This document shows, in pieces, positions 33,629-41,679 of a stretch of DNA of 64,000 bases. Position 1 is the first letter of the stretch, and each line of letters starts with the position of its first letter. A model generated the notes under the pieces. That model made no database searches, was not told the DNA's origin, and was given only the letters and a program-made list of their open reading frames with translations. The DNA is from an uncultured Candidatus Micrarchaeota archaeon (GTDB lineage Archaea; Micrarchaeota; Micrarchaeia; Burarchaeales; Fermentimicrarchaeaceae). The stretch is from NCBI GenBank assembly GCA_903884505.1, contig CAISET010000015.1:10819-74818 (forward strand). The letters are read 5' to 3'. Made by a program: the position numbers and the translations under genes.

Positions 33629-34227
33629 GCCTGCCTTATTTCAATCGTCTTCACCACGCTCTTGAGCGGGGCGCCGTTGTAGGAGACCGTGACCGTGAAA
33701 TTGTGCAGCCCGTAAGAGATGCCCGTGCACGTCGTGCATGAGGGCACGTTGAACCCGAAGTGCTGTTCGCTCTCCCCCTGCGGAAGGTCTAGCGTCATCT
33801 GCGTATCCATGATATTGCGGCCCCTCGAGTTGGTGATGCCGACAAGCGAGACGTTCACCCCCTGGAGCCTGCGCGCGGCGGTTATGTTCACGACTATCGC
33901 CATCTGGTCCAGCGCGTGATAGGAATCCCCGTCAGTATATACTTCGAGCGAAGTTATATCCTCGGGCAGGACAGCGCCGGAAGGCGTGGGGCTGGCAAGC
34001 GATTGCGTGGGCGCAGGCGTAGGGGTTGCGACGGGAGTTGCGAAGGGCGTTGGCGCTGGCGTCGGAGTCTGAACTGGAGTTGGCGTGCTCATCGGGGTAG
34101 CCACGGGGGTTGGCGTTGGCGCGGGAGGCACATTTCTGTCAATCCCACCGCTATATACTACTATTGCCGCTGCCGCCATCACGACTGCGAGCAGAACCAC
34201 AACAAGAATCCAGGTCTTCATACTCAT
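33625..34227 (-). CDS. N-terminally anchored extracellular protein with a P/T-rich linker (unknown function), co-transcribed with the metalloprotease
   Basis: 200 aa: MSMKTWILVVVLLAVVMAAAAIVVY signal-anchor, (PT/PA) linker, then a ~100-aa domain. 4-bp overlap with the downstream protease gene. Confidence 0.5.
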   Translation of the reverse strand: MSMKTWILVVVLLAVVMAAAAIVVYSGGIDRNVPPAPTPTPVATPMSTPTPVQTPTPAPTPFATPVATPTPAPTQSLASPTPSGAVLPEDITSLEVYTDGDSYHALDQMAIVVNITAARRLQGVNVSLVGITNSRGRNIMDTQMTLDLPQGESEQHFGFNVPSCTTCTGISYGLHNFTVTVSYNGAPLKSVVKTIEIRQA

Positions 34228-34241
34228 GCCCCCTTTGATTT

Positions 34242-34356
34242 CAGAACCCCCGATGCGCTGGCTTTAGTCGCCTTCGGCGACAACTGCGCAACTCACGTTG
34301 CGCATCGCCAACTTCGTTGGCGACTGCCTGTTGCGCGTTGCGCAACATCGTCGGTT
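34242..34356. repeat. Hairpin-mosaic repeat element, copy A (4 mini-hairpins; shared termini CAGAACCCCCGATGCGC...GCGCAACATCGTCGGTTCCTGAAC)
   Basis: GTCGCC-TTCG-GCGAC, GCGCAAC-TCACG-TTGCGC, GCCAAC-TTCG-TTGGC, GTTGCGC-GTT-GCGCAAC. Homologous to the elements at 34541, 43781 and 50827. Confidence 0.8.
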
Positions 34357-34469
34357 CCTGAACTTCTGTTTTCCGCTGGCGCTTTTTATTATGTTCTTAC
34401 AATTTCCGATTGAACGCTTTACCATACGCAACCCGATGGTAATCGGATATGCGTTGGGAAAGGGTTCAA

Positions 34470-34540
34470 AGCAGAGGATGGGAGTCGAACCCATCTGTTC
34501 CGGTCTGCAGCCGGACGCGTAGCCGCTCCGCCACCTCTGC
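34470..34540 (-). tRNA. tRNA-Cys (anticodon GCA)
   Basis: Minus-strand sequence GCAGAGG-TG-GCGGAGCGGCTACGCG-TCCGG-CTGCAGA-CCGGA-ACAG-ATGGG-TTCGACT-CCCAT-CCTCTGC-U. It forms a 7-bp acceptor stem, a 5-bp anticodon stem with loop CUGCAGA (anticodon GCA), a T-arm with a TTCGA(C)T loop, and a U discriminator. Confidence 0.9.
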
Positions 34541-34700
34541 AGAACCCCCGATGCGCAGGCTTGAGTCGCCTTCGGCGACAGCTGCGCAACTTCGTTGCGC
34601 ATCGCTCTTCGTTCCAAACGAGCTCGCTCACCGCGCATATCCAGTCGCCTTCGGCGACTGCCTGTTGCGCGTTGCGCAACATCGTCGGTTCCTGCACCTC
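34541..34700. repeat. Hairpin-mosaic repeat element, copy B, immediately 5' of tRNA-Cys (in its presumptive leader)
   Basis: Same termini as copy A: agaacccccgatgcgcaggcttga-GTCGCCTTCGGCGAC-...-GCGCAACTTCGTTGCGC-...ctcgctcaccgcgcatatcca-GTCGCCTTCGGCGAC-tgcct-GTTGCGCGTTGCGCAAC-atcgtcggttcctgcac. Confidence 0.8.
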
Positions 34701-34752
34701 CGCCGCTCTGGCGGAGGAGCTTTCTATATTGTGTTAGTCTGGTTTAAAAACG

Positions 34753-35742
34753 CTAGGAGAGGAAGGCGTCGTAGCTGTGGACATCGACAGGCTCATCATC
34801 CAGGAAGATGCGCTTATCCTTCACCGTTTCGCCGATAGCAACTAGTTTTCCGCCGGCTGCCTCAACCGCCTTCTTCGCCTTCCCGAAATCTTTCTTCCGC
34901 AGGGAAACGAGCAGTTCGTAGTCCTCACCCCATTCGAGGAGGCGCACCGGGGAGGCATGCTGCTGGAGGTGGGCGAATTTTTTCGCTTCGGCGGAGAAAG
35001 GCAGCTTCTTCGATTCGAATTTGAACCCGCAGCCGCTTGCATTCATCAGCTCAAGCGCGGAAGCGAACAGGCCGTCCGTGATATCCATCGCCGCAATTCC
35101 GCTGCGCAATTTCGCGAGTGCTCTCCCCTCCTTCAATCTTGCGCGGGGATTGGTGAATGCGCTGATAAGGCGCTCTTTCGCCTTGCCATCCATCTCCCCC
35201 TTCGCCTTCCCCAAAAGAATCTGGCAGCCGCAGTAGGCGTCCCCCAGGTTTCCGGTCACGCATAGGACATCGCCGGGCCTGGCATTCGAGCGCCTGAGCA
35301 TCTCCTTCTCTCCGCTGCAAACTCCGAGCGCGGAGCCGCAGAGCGTCAGGATGTCCGCCTTCTTCGTATCGCCGCCTGCGAACGAGCAGCCGTGCTCCCT
35401 GCAAGCGGAGTCTATTCCCGATGAGATGCGGCGGGCGAACTCGAACTCCATCGCGGGCGGCAGGCCGAAAGCGACAAGGAGCGCAAGTGGCTCTGCGCCC
35501 ATGGCAGCAAGGTCCGAGAGATTGGCAACCGCGACCTTTCTCCCGATTGCCTCGGGTGGCATCATCAGGGGGAAATGCGTTGGCGCGAACATTATATCCG
35601 AGGTGATCACAAGCTCCGAATCCTTGTGCCTTATCGCCGCCGCATCATCGAGGCCGGCGGGAATTGAAAGCGAGGAAGAGGCGTAAAGGCCGCGCGCAAG
35701 CGCCTCGACAATCCTCTTCTCCCCGAGCTGCGAAAGCTTCAT
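34753..35742 (-). CDS. thiL: Thiamine-monophosphate kinase
   Basis: 329 aa: MKLSQLGEKRIVEAL...AVANLSDLAAMGAEP (near-exact ThiL motif)...GGDT...EDYELL. AIR-synthase-related fold family. Confidence 0.8.
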   Translation of the reverse strand: MKLSQLGEKRIVEALARGLYASSSLSIPAGLDDAAAIRHKDSELVITSDIMFAPTHFPLMMPPEAIGRKVAVANLSDLAAMGAEPLALLVAFGLPPAMEFEFARRISSGIDSACREHGCSFAGGDTKKADILTLCGSALGVCSGEKEMLRRSNARPGDVLCVTGNLGDAYCGCQILLGKAKGEMDGKAKERLISAFTNPRARLKEGRALAKLRSGIAAMDITDGLFASALELMNASGCGFKFESKKLPFSAEAKKFAHLQQHASPVRLLEWGEDYELLVSLRKKDFGKAKKAVEAAGGKLVAIGETVKDKRIFLDDEPVDVHSYDAFLS

Positions 35743-35824
35743 GGAACAGAGCTGCGCAGCGAGCTTTTATAACCCATGCTGCAATTATTAAGCGGTAATG
35801 AAGTCGAGTTTCTAAGGTGATAAT

Positions 35825-36913
35825 ATGAACCCGTTCGAGAAGATGCTGCCGCCCGTAATAATGAGCGCGGACGAGCAGCTTTCAAAGGGAATAAGCGAGC
35901 TGGAGAAGTCGAAGACCTGCGTGGTCGTCGTCAGGGGAAGCGATTACTACGGAATCCTGGACGACAGGAGCATCGAGAAGATGCGCTCGGACCCAATGAC
36001 CACAAAAATAAGCGCGGTAGCCGAGACAGCGCCCCTTATCCCGAACGGCGCATCGCTGCTGGACATCTGCAAGCTCTTTTTCGCAGGCCCGTACAAGTCG
36101 CTGCCGGTTCAGGACGGCGGGAAGGTAATCGGAGTCATTACCAGGACGCAGGTGATTGAGTCGCTGCTGAGCATGGGCTTGCTCGACGGGAAGGTCAGCG
36201 AATTCATGAACGCTCCCGCAGTCACGATAGTCGAGACCGCGACGCTCGCGCAGGCGAGAGCGAAGATGAGGGAGATGAACGTGAGGCGCCTCATAGTCTG
36301 CAACGAGAAGGGCGGAATCTCCGGGCTCGTGAGCACCTATGACATGAAGAAGGCGGTCCCGAAGCAGAAGGCGCCCTTCGTGCATGACAAGTATTCTACG
36401 GATAACCCGCCGGTCGCCTCGGCGATGAGCGAGGAGGTACTGATTATAAAGCCTGAATCGTCGCTTTCGGAGGCCGCGAAGAAGATGGTCGAGGGCGGCG
36501 TCGCCTCCCTCGTGGTGATGGATGGCCAGAAGCCCGTCGGGCTGCTGAGCGCAAGGGACCTTTTCGAGTCCATAATGTTCAAGGAAAAGGCGCCGGTCTA
36601 CATCTCAGGCCTTGACAACGAGGGAAGGCAGTTCGCAGAGGAAATAACCTCGGAGTGCGAGAAAGAGGTGGAGCGGCTCGGGAAGAGCTTCGACCTGGAA
36701 TACCTTGCGCTCCATTTCAAGCGCTACGGGAGGAAGCACTCCATCCACGCGAGGCTCAAGACCAACCAGTTCGGGATAATCTCCGCGAGCAACCACGGGT
36801 TCGACATGCAGGGCGCGCTGCACGGCGTTCTCGCAGAGCTCAGGACGATACTGATGGACCAGAAAATAGACCCGATGCATGAGAAAAGAAGGAAGCCCTT
36901 CAGGGGCCTCTAG
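35825..36913 (+). CDS. CBS-domain protein (two CBS pairs)
   Basis: 362 aa with four CBS-like segments (e.g. VVVRGSDYYGILDDRSI, PVQDGGKVIGVITRTQV, LIVCNEKGGISGLVSTYDM, LVVMDGQKPVGLLSARDL). Confidence 0.75.
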   Translation: MNPFEKMLPPVIMSADEQLSKGISELEKSKTCVVVVRGSDYYGILDDRSIEKMRSDPMTTKISAVAETAPLIPNGASLLDICKLFFAGPYKSLPVQDGGKVIGVITRTQVIESLLSMGLLDGKVSEFMNAPAVTIVETATLAQARAKMREMNVRRLIVCNEKGGISGLVSTYDMKKAVPKQKAPFVHDKYSTDNPPVASAMSEEVLIIKPESSLSEAAKKMVEGGVASLVVMDGQKPVGLLSARDLFESIMFKEKAPVYISGLDNEGRQFAEEITSECEKEVERLGKSFDLEYLALHFKRYGRKHSIHARLKTNQFGIISASNHGFDMQGALHGVLAELRTILMDQKIDPMHEKRRKPFRGL

Positions 36914-36926
36914 CTGGTGTGGCCGG

Positions 36927-37325
36927 ATGAGTAAAACGCAGAGGGGCATAGTCACCGCGCTCGTGATGGGCGCAGTCCCGCTCCTCCACGTTTTCCTATT
37001 CTGGAAGTTGTGCAACGAGGCGAAGGTCCGCTGGAAGCTGGCGGGGTTGAACTCGACCCTCTATGCGGCGGCGCTCCTCATCCCTGTACTGAACATCTAT
37101 CCGCTGTACCAATTCCTTGTGCTCGTTAGCTCGAACCTGGAAAAGGATGGGAAAAAGGGCTACGGGCTTCCGCCCCTGGCGCTTTCCATCGCGGCCTCAG
37201 TCTGGCCGCTCGCCCTGATGCCCCTCGTCTGCCCCATCGTGCTGCTGCTGGCCTGGCTCGCATGGCTCTATATAATCTACAGGACGCAGTCGCTATTCAA
37301 CGAGAACGGCGTGGAAACGCTCTGA
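36927..37325 (+). CDS. Small integral membrane protein (unknown)
   Basis: ~132 aa from MSKTQRGIVTALVMGAVPLL with 3-4 hydrophobic helices, ending exactly where thiD begins. The ORF track extends it to 36879, inside the CBS gene. Confidence 0.4.
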   Translation: MSKTQRGIVTALVMGAVPLLHVFLFWKLCNEAKVRWKLAGLNSTLYAAALLIPVLNIYPLYQFLVLVSSNLEKDGKKGYGLPPLALSIAASVWPLALMPLVCPIVLLLAWLAWLYIIYRTQSLFNENGVETL

Positions 37326-37334
37326 GTGGCCTTT

Positions 37335-38108
37335 ATGCGCAAGCCCTCCCTCCTGATAATATCCGCGTCTTCCTCAGATGGCTGCGCAGGCATGCAGATG
37401 GACATCCAGGCCGCGGCAAAGCTCGGAGCCATTCCCGCGTGCGCAATAACCGCAGTCACCGCGCAGAATTCGGTTGGCGTGCAGGGCATCTGGCCCGTTC
37501 CGGTGAAAGCCATCCGCCAGCAGATAGATTCCGCATTCTCAGACCTCGACATCTGCGCCGTGAAAGTCGGGATGCTCTGGGGAAAGCAGGCGGCAATCGA
37601 AGTGGCGCATTCGCTGGGAAAATGGGGCGCACTAAATGTTGTCTTCGACCCGGTTATGGGTGCGCAGAGCGACAGGAAGGGAATGGCTGAGAAAGGCGCA
37701 GAGAACGCCTTCCGCGCAGTTTGCGCAGTCAGCGACCTGGTGACTCCAAACCTTGAAGAGGCAAAAGCGCTCACAGGAATAACTGTTCGCGACCAGGAAT
37801 CTGCGTCCAAAGCCGCATGGAAGATTATGGAGACCGGCGCGCAGGCAGTCCTGCTGAAATCTTACCCTTGGGACAAAGGCGTTCTCGCGGACCTCCTATT
37901 CAATGATGATGGCCTCGGAATCTTCAAGAAAAAGAAGCTTGCAACTTCAACGCACGGCGGCGGCTGCCTCCTCTCCTCAGCGATTGCGGCAAGGATGGCG
38001 CTAGGCGACAATCTCATTGACGCGGTCTCGGCCGCGGAGACTTGCATCGAGCAGGCGATTGCAGGAAGCGTGCAGGCAGGCTGCGGAATCCGGTGCGTGA
38101 AACTTTAG
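37335..38108 (+). CDS. thiD: Hydroxymethylpyrimidine / phosphomethylpyrimidine kinase
   Basis: LLIISASSSDGCAGMQMDIQAA..., ...TPNLEEAKAL..., ...THGGGCLLSSAIAARMALG... are ThiD/PdxK ribokinase-family motifs. The ORF track gives an alternative GTG at 37326. Confidence 0.85.
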   Translation: MRKPSLLIISASSSDGCAGMQMDIQAAAKLGAIPACAITAVTAQNSVGVQGIWPVPVKAIRQQIDSAFSDLDICAVKVGMLWGKQAAIEVAHSLGKWGALNVVFDPVMGAQSDRKGMAEKGAENAFRAVCAVSDLVTPNLEEAKALTGITVRDQESASKAAWKIMETGAQAVLLKSYPWDKGVLADLLFNDDGLGIFKKKKLATSTHGGGCLLSSAIAARMALGDNLIDAVSAAETCIEQAIAGSVQAGCGIRCVKL

Positions 38109-39463
38109 TCAGCACCGAAAAGAGACTGGGCGACTTCTGCGAAACGCTCCATGCGCAATTTTGCGATCGGTGAGTCGTAATGCGCGTGGCTGAAGTTGTA
38201 TTCCACGCGCCCAGAATCCGCATTATAAGCATGATAAATGGCCGCGAACCTTTTCGAAAGCTCCTCAACCTCGAGCAGCCTGAATGCCTCATCCAGGTAA
38301 AACGCGAACTCTGCGACCTGCTGGCCGCTAACGAGCAGTGAATCAGCGTAAATCCCGAGTTCCTTGTCTTCGGAAGGCCTTTTGCCGATTGCCTCATTTA
38401 TCTTCTGCGGAAGCTTCTGGGAATTGAGGTGGATTACGCCGAGTTCCATGAAGAATCCCTTCAGCTGCCTTACCAGCTCCTCCTCGAACTTCCTCTGCAC
38501 TTCCGCCTCAATGTCGTTCGAATGCCTTGCGAGCTCCACTTCCACCTTCTCATCCACCTTTGCGCGCATCCTCTCCTCGCGCGCCGCCTGTGCGCTGAGA
38601 TAACCCTCCATTATACTCAGCATCCTCTTCCTCTGCTCGGCCTCCTCCTGGTCATCTGCAAATTTGTTATCGGGTTTTGAAAGCAGGGCGGTGACTCTGG
38701 AGCGGACGTCTCCCACACCCCTTGCCTCTGCCAGTTTCGGGGCATCCCTCTGCTCTTCGAGCTGCCCCTTTATTTTCACTCTCCACTCCTCCGCAACCTG
38801 CTTCTTCAGCTTCTCCCGCAGCCCCATTTGCGAAGGGGTCGCAGGCCCTGTAAAAAGTTTGTCTTGTTCCTCAAAATCGGCATTCAGCAGCCTGGAGCCG
38901 AGCTTCGCGAAGCGCTTTGAATGCGCAAGCTCGCGCAGCACGTCCTTGGCAGCGCCGCCGTTCTCCCCGACGAGCGTTTTTGAAATGCCCCGTACACATC
39001 CGAGGTACTTCTCCTCCGCAGCAGCGTCCATCACGTCCCAATGCTCCTTCGCCATTCCCTTCTCCTGTGCCGCGTAAGCGCTGATTGTTGCGCGCGCATA
39101 CTCGAGCCAGCCATCCGTATCCCTGAGGAACCCTTCGGCAACCTCCAGGCGCCGTGCGCGCTCCTGCGCTTCAAGCGTCTTCTTGTCCGGGGCAAGAGGC
39201 AAGTAAGAGGGGAGATGCATCTCGCTTTCCTTAATCCCATCCTCCCCCGTAAAGAAGCCAGGCGCGACATCCTCGCCATACCGCGCAAATAAGAAGCACA
39301 TGGGAAGGTTTACGTCCTCGTCCTTCGCATGCTCCGCCATCTTCAGCCTCGTCCCCGGAAGAAGCTTCTCTAGGATTTCGGGGAGCGTCTTCGGCCTTTC
39401 CTTCGGCTCGGCATCCTTTACCAGCATATTATTCCCGGCCACCCGCATATTTATGGCGTTCAA
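38105..39463 (-). CDS. Hypothetical soluble protein, largely alpha-helical/coiled-coil, divergent from the pilin operon
   Basis: 452 aa with good coding statistics, a charged helical middle region and no recognised motif. Confidence 0.45.
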   Translation of the reverse strand: MNAINMRVAGNNMLVKDAEPKERPKTLPEILEKLLPGTRLKMAEHAKDEDVNLPMCFLFARYGEDVAPGFFTGEDGIKESEMHLPSYLPLAPDKKTLEAQERARRLEVAEGFLRDTDGWLEYARATISAYAAQEKGMAKEHWDVMDAAAEEKYLGCVRGISKTLVGENGGAAKDVLRELAHSKRFAKLGSRLLNADFEEQDKLFTGPATPSQMGLREKLKKQVAEEWRVKIKGQLEEQRDAPKLAEARGVGDVRSRVTALLSKPDNKFADDQEEAEQRKRMLSIMEGYLSAQAAREERMRAKVDEKVEVELARHSNDIEAEVQRKFEEELVRQLKGFFMELGVIHLNSQKLPQKINEAIGKRPSEDKELGIYADSLLVSGQQVAEFAFYLDEAFRLLEVEELSKRFAAIYHAYNADSGRVEYNFSHAHYDSPIAKLRMERFAEVAQSLFGAD

Positions 39464-39494
39464 GTTAAAATAAATGCCCTCCGCCGAGGGCGCG

Positions 39495-39512
39495 GTAAAA
39501 ACCTTTTTAACC
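39495..39512 (+). promoter_or_regulatory. Promoter of the pilin operon: BRE/TATA ggtaaaaacctttttaac, 24 bp upstream of the ATG at 39534
   Basis: The ccttttaa-type box is shared with the three giant pilin-like gene promoters. Confidence 0.5.
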
Positions 39513-39533
39513 CCCTCTCCAAATTATAGGCTC

Positions 39534-40064
39534 ATGCGACGGAACAAGGGACAGGCATCCATTGATTCGCCTTCGGCGAAAGCTCGCCGCCTGCTGGGGC
39601 AGGCGTCGATGGAACTTCTAATCACCCTAGCCTTCGCCCTCGTGATGCTCATACCAATCACCATCCTGGTCTACCTGCAGACGTCCTCCGGCTCGGAGCA
39701 GCTGGCGATAGACCAGGCGCAGCAGAGCGCGGCAAGGCTTAAGAACATCGCGGACACCGTGGCGGCCCAGGGCCCGCCGGCGAAGGCGACTATAAGCATA
39801 GTGATTCCACAGAGGCTGAACAGCATAACGATAGGCAGCGCCTCCGCGCCAGGAATAGGCAGGGAGATAATCTTCCACGTAGCGACTTCGGCTGGAGACA
39901 CCGAGATAGTCGCGACAACGCTTTACAATGTTACCGGCGACCTGAGCAACTACACGAAGGCAGGCACGTACCCCATCTATGCTGAAGCTGTGGACGACTG
40001 CCGCACATGTGATGGGAACATCATCGGGCCTGGCCTTCCATGCGTGGTCATCTGTCCGGCGTAG
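39534..40064 (+). CDS. Type IV pilin-like protein (class III signal peptide, Gln+1) P1. The leader holds an internal duplication and a hairpin module.
   Basis: MRRNKGQASIDSPSAKARRLLG|QASMELLITLAFALVMLIPITILVYL. The KG/LG-Q cleavage motif is followed by a ~20-aa hydrophobic helix. The ORF track starts at 39474, upstream of the promoter. Confidence 0.65.
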   Translation: MRRNKGQASIDSPSAKARRLLGQASMELLITLAFALVMLIPITILVYLQTSSGSEQLAIDQAQQSAARLKNIADTVAAQGPPAKATISIVIPQRLNSITIGSASAPGIGREIIFHVATSAGDTEIVATTLYNVTGDLSNYTKAGTYPIYAEAVDDCRTCDGNIIGPGLPCVVICPA

Positions 40065-40074
40065 GGGTGGAAAA

Positions 40075-40539
40075 ATGCGCCGCGCACAGCAGAGCGTTGA
40101 ACTTATGGTCGTGTTCGCGACAGCGCTTGCCACGTTCATAATCTTCTACGCGCTCTTCGCCCAGCAGTATGGCGAGGGCGCGCGCAGGCAGGCGGAAACG
40201 GACGGGACGACACTCACGCAGCAGCTTGCGGAGGAGATAAACATCGCGGCGCGCGCAGGCGACGGCTATTCGAGAAAAATCAGCTACCCGGCGAGAATTC
40301 CCGGGGCCATCAACTACTCGCTGGAGATAAACAACCGCTCCGGCTCGGTGGACCTCGCGATGGAGATGGGCTCGGGCTCGTTCTTCCTTTACTCCGCGCC
40401 TACGCTCACGCGCAACATAACGGGCGAGCCGGCGTATGCGTCCGCATACGGCTACTCCCTTATAATAGCCAGGGGGGCGGCGTATGTCGAGAACAGGGGC
40501 GGGATGATAATCATAAACCAGACAAAGGCGGTCAGATGA
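40075..40539 (+). CDS. Type IV pilin-like protein P2
   Basis: MRRA|QQSVELMVVFATALATFIIFYALF, then a ~130-aa globular part. Starts 10 bp after the P1 stop. Confidence 0.65.
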   Translation: MRRAQQSVELMVVFATALATFIIFYALFAQQYGEGARRQAETDGTTLTQQLAEEINIAARAGDGYSRKISYPARIPGAINYSLEINNRSGSVDLAMEMGSGSFFLYSAPTLTRNITGEPAYASAYGYSLIIARGAAYVENRGGMIIINQTKAVR

Positions 40540-41177
40540 GCTCCCTGAAAGGCCAGACGTGGTCCTACGACCTCGTGATAGCGGTAGTGGTGTTCATGCT
40601 CACCCTCGCATTCCTCATCTTCTTCTGGTGGAGCGTCTCCACGACCATCGGGATGCCGCGGGGGGAGAAGCTGTCGGAGGATGCGAGTGCGATGGCGGAC
40701 GTCCTGCTCTCGCCCGGGAACCCCGCCGACTGGAACGGCACGGTGGACACATCGAACTCGACCTTCTGGGCCAATATAAGCCTGCTCGGAATCGGCGAGG
40801 GGTTCGGCTCCCCGAAAATTTCACAGGACAAGGCCGAGAAGATTCTTGCGATGAACGGAACGAACTACACCGAGCTGAAAGGGAGGTTCATCTCCCCCTA
40901 TAACTTCTACGTGGAGATGAAGGAGTTCTACAACTGCTCGGATCCGGGGGTGGAGTCCTCGCCAATCAACTGCACAGGACGGGGAATTGCGCCCGGCTCG
41001 CCCGAATACTCGGAGCTGGAGCATTATGTCCAGGTCAGCGGGCAGAACTTCACGCTCGGCATCCCGCCATCGGCAGGCGGAGCCCGCTCAGCCGCGGTGG
41101 TGAACAGGTTCGCGATATACAACAATTCATTGGTGAAGCTGAAGGTAGTGCTATGGACAAACCAGACCTGGCAATGA
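40536..41177 (+). CDS. Type IV pilin-like protein P3
   Basis: MSSLKG|QTWSYDLVIAVVVFMLTLAFLIFFWW. ATGA start/stop overlap with P2. N-x-S/T rich. Confidence 0.65.
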   Translation: MSSLKGQTWSYDLVIAVVVFMLTLAFLIFFWWSVSTTIGMPRGEKLSEDASAMADVLLSPGNPADWNGTVDTSNSTFWANISLLGIGEGFGSPKISQDKAEKILAMNGTNYTELKGRFISPYNFYVEMKEFYNCSDPGVESSPINCTGRGIAPGSPEYSELEHYVQVSGQNFTLGIPPSAGGARSAAVVNRFAIYNNSLVKLKVVLWTNQTWQ

Positions 41178-41671
41178 ATAGGAAAGGCGTGGTCCTTACC
41201 ATGGACGCGCTCTTCGCCCTAGCCCTGCTGCTCATCTCCGCGGTACTGATAATAATGATGCTCGCAAGGCCGAGCGCACAGCAGCCCCCGGGCTCCCAGG
41301 CAGCGGGCGACATGATGGACTCGCTCAAGTCCATGAAGCTCGCGGAGCTCGACGGCAACCCCCGCTACCCATACGCCAATTACGTGCTCCACAACAACCT
41401 CACGAGCGCGTTCAACCGGACCGTAATCGAGGCGATTGCGGACCTCTACATGTCCAACAAGACGGGCGAGGCGCAGAACCTTTCGAGCGAGATGCTCGAG
41501 CCCGCCATCCCCGGCGACTACGGGGTGGACCTGATGATTGAGAATTCATCCACCTTCAACAGCATGTTCAGCTCTTCGCGGGGTGCGCAACGGAATTACG
41601 TCAGCGTCGCAAGGCACTTCATATACTACAATAACGTGACGCGCGAGATAAGGCTGGTGCTTTACAAATAG
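41174..41671 (+). CDS. Type IV pilin-like protein P4
   Basis: MNRKG|VVLTMDALFALALLLISAVLIIMML. The ATG overlaps the P3 stop (caATGAat). The ORF track's upstream start at 41153 is less likely. Confidence 0.6.
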   Translation: MNRKGVVLTMDALFALALLLISAVLIIMMLARPSAQQPPGSQAAGDMMDSLKSMKLAELDGNPRYPYANYVLHNNLTSAFNRTVIEAIADLYMSNKTGEAQNLSSEMLEPAIPGDYGVDLMIENSSTFNSMFSSSRGAQRNYVSVARHFIYYNNVTREIRLVLYK

Positions 41672-41679
41672 GTGAAAAC

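Noticed and set aside
34449-34838. 129-aa plus-strand ORF spanning tRNA-Cys and hairpin element B (also 34264..34638, 34419..34697, 43749..44418, 50818..51114, 50826..51230)
   Set aside because: They overlap a confidently folded tRNA and palindromic repeat DNA. The open frames arise because GC-rich hairpin repeats lack stop codons.
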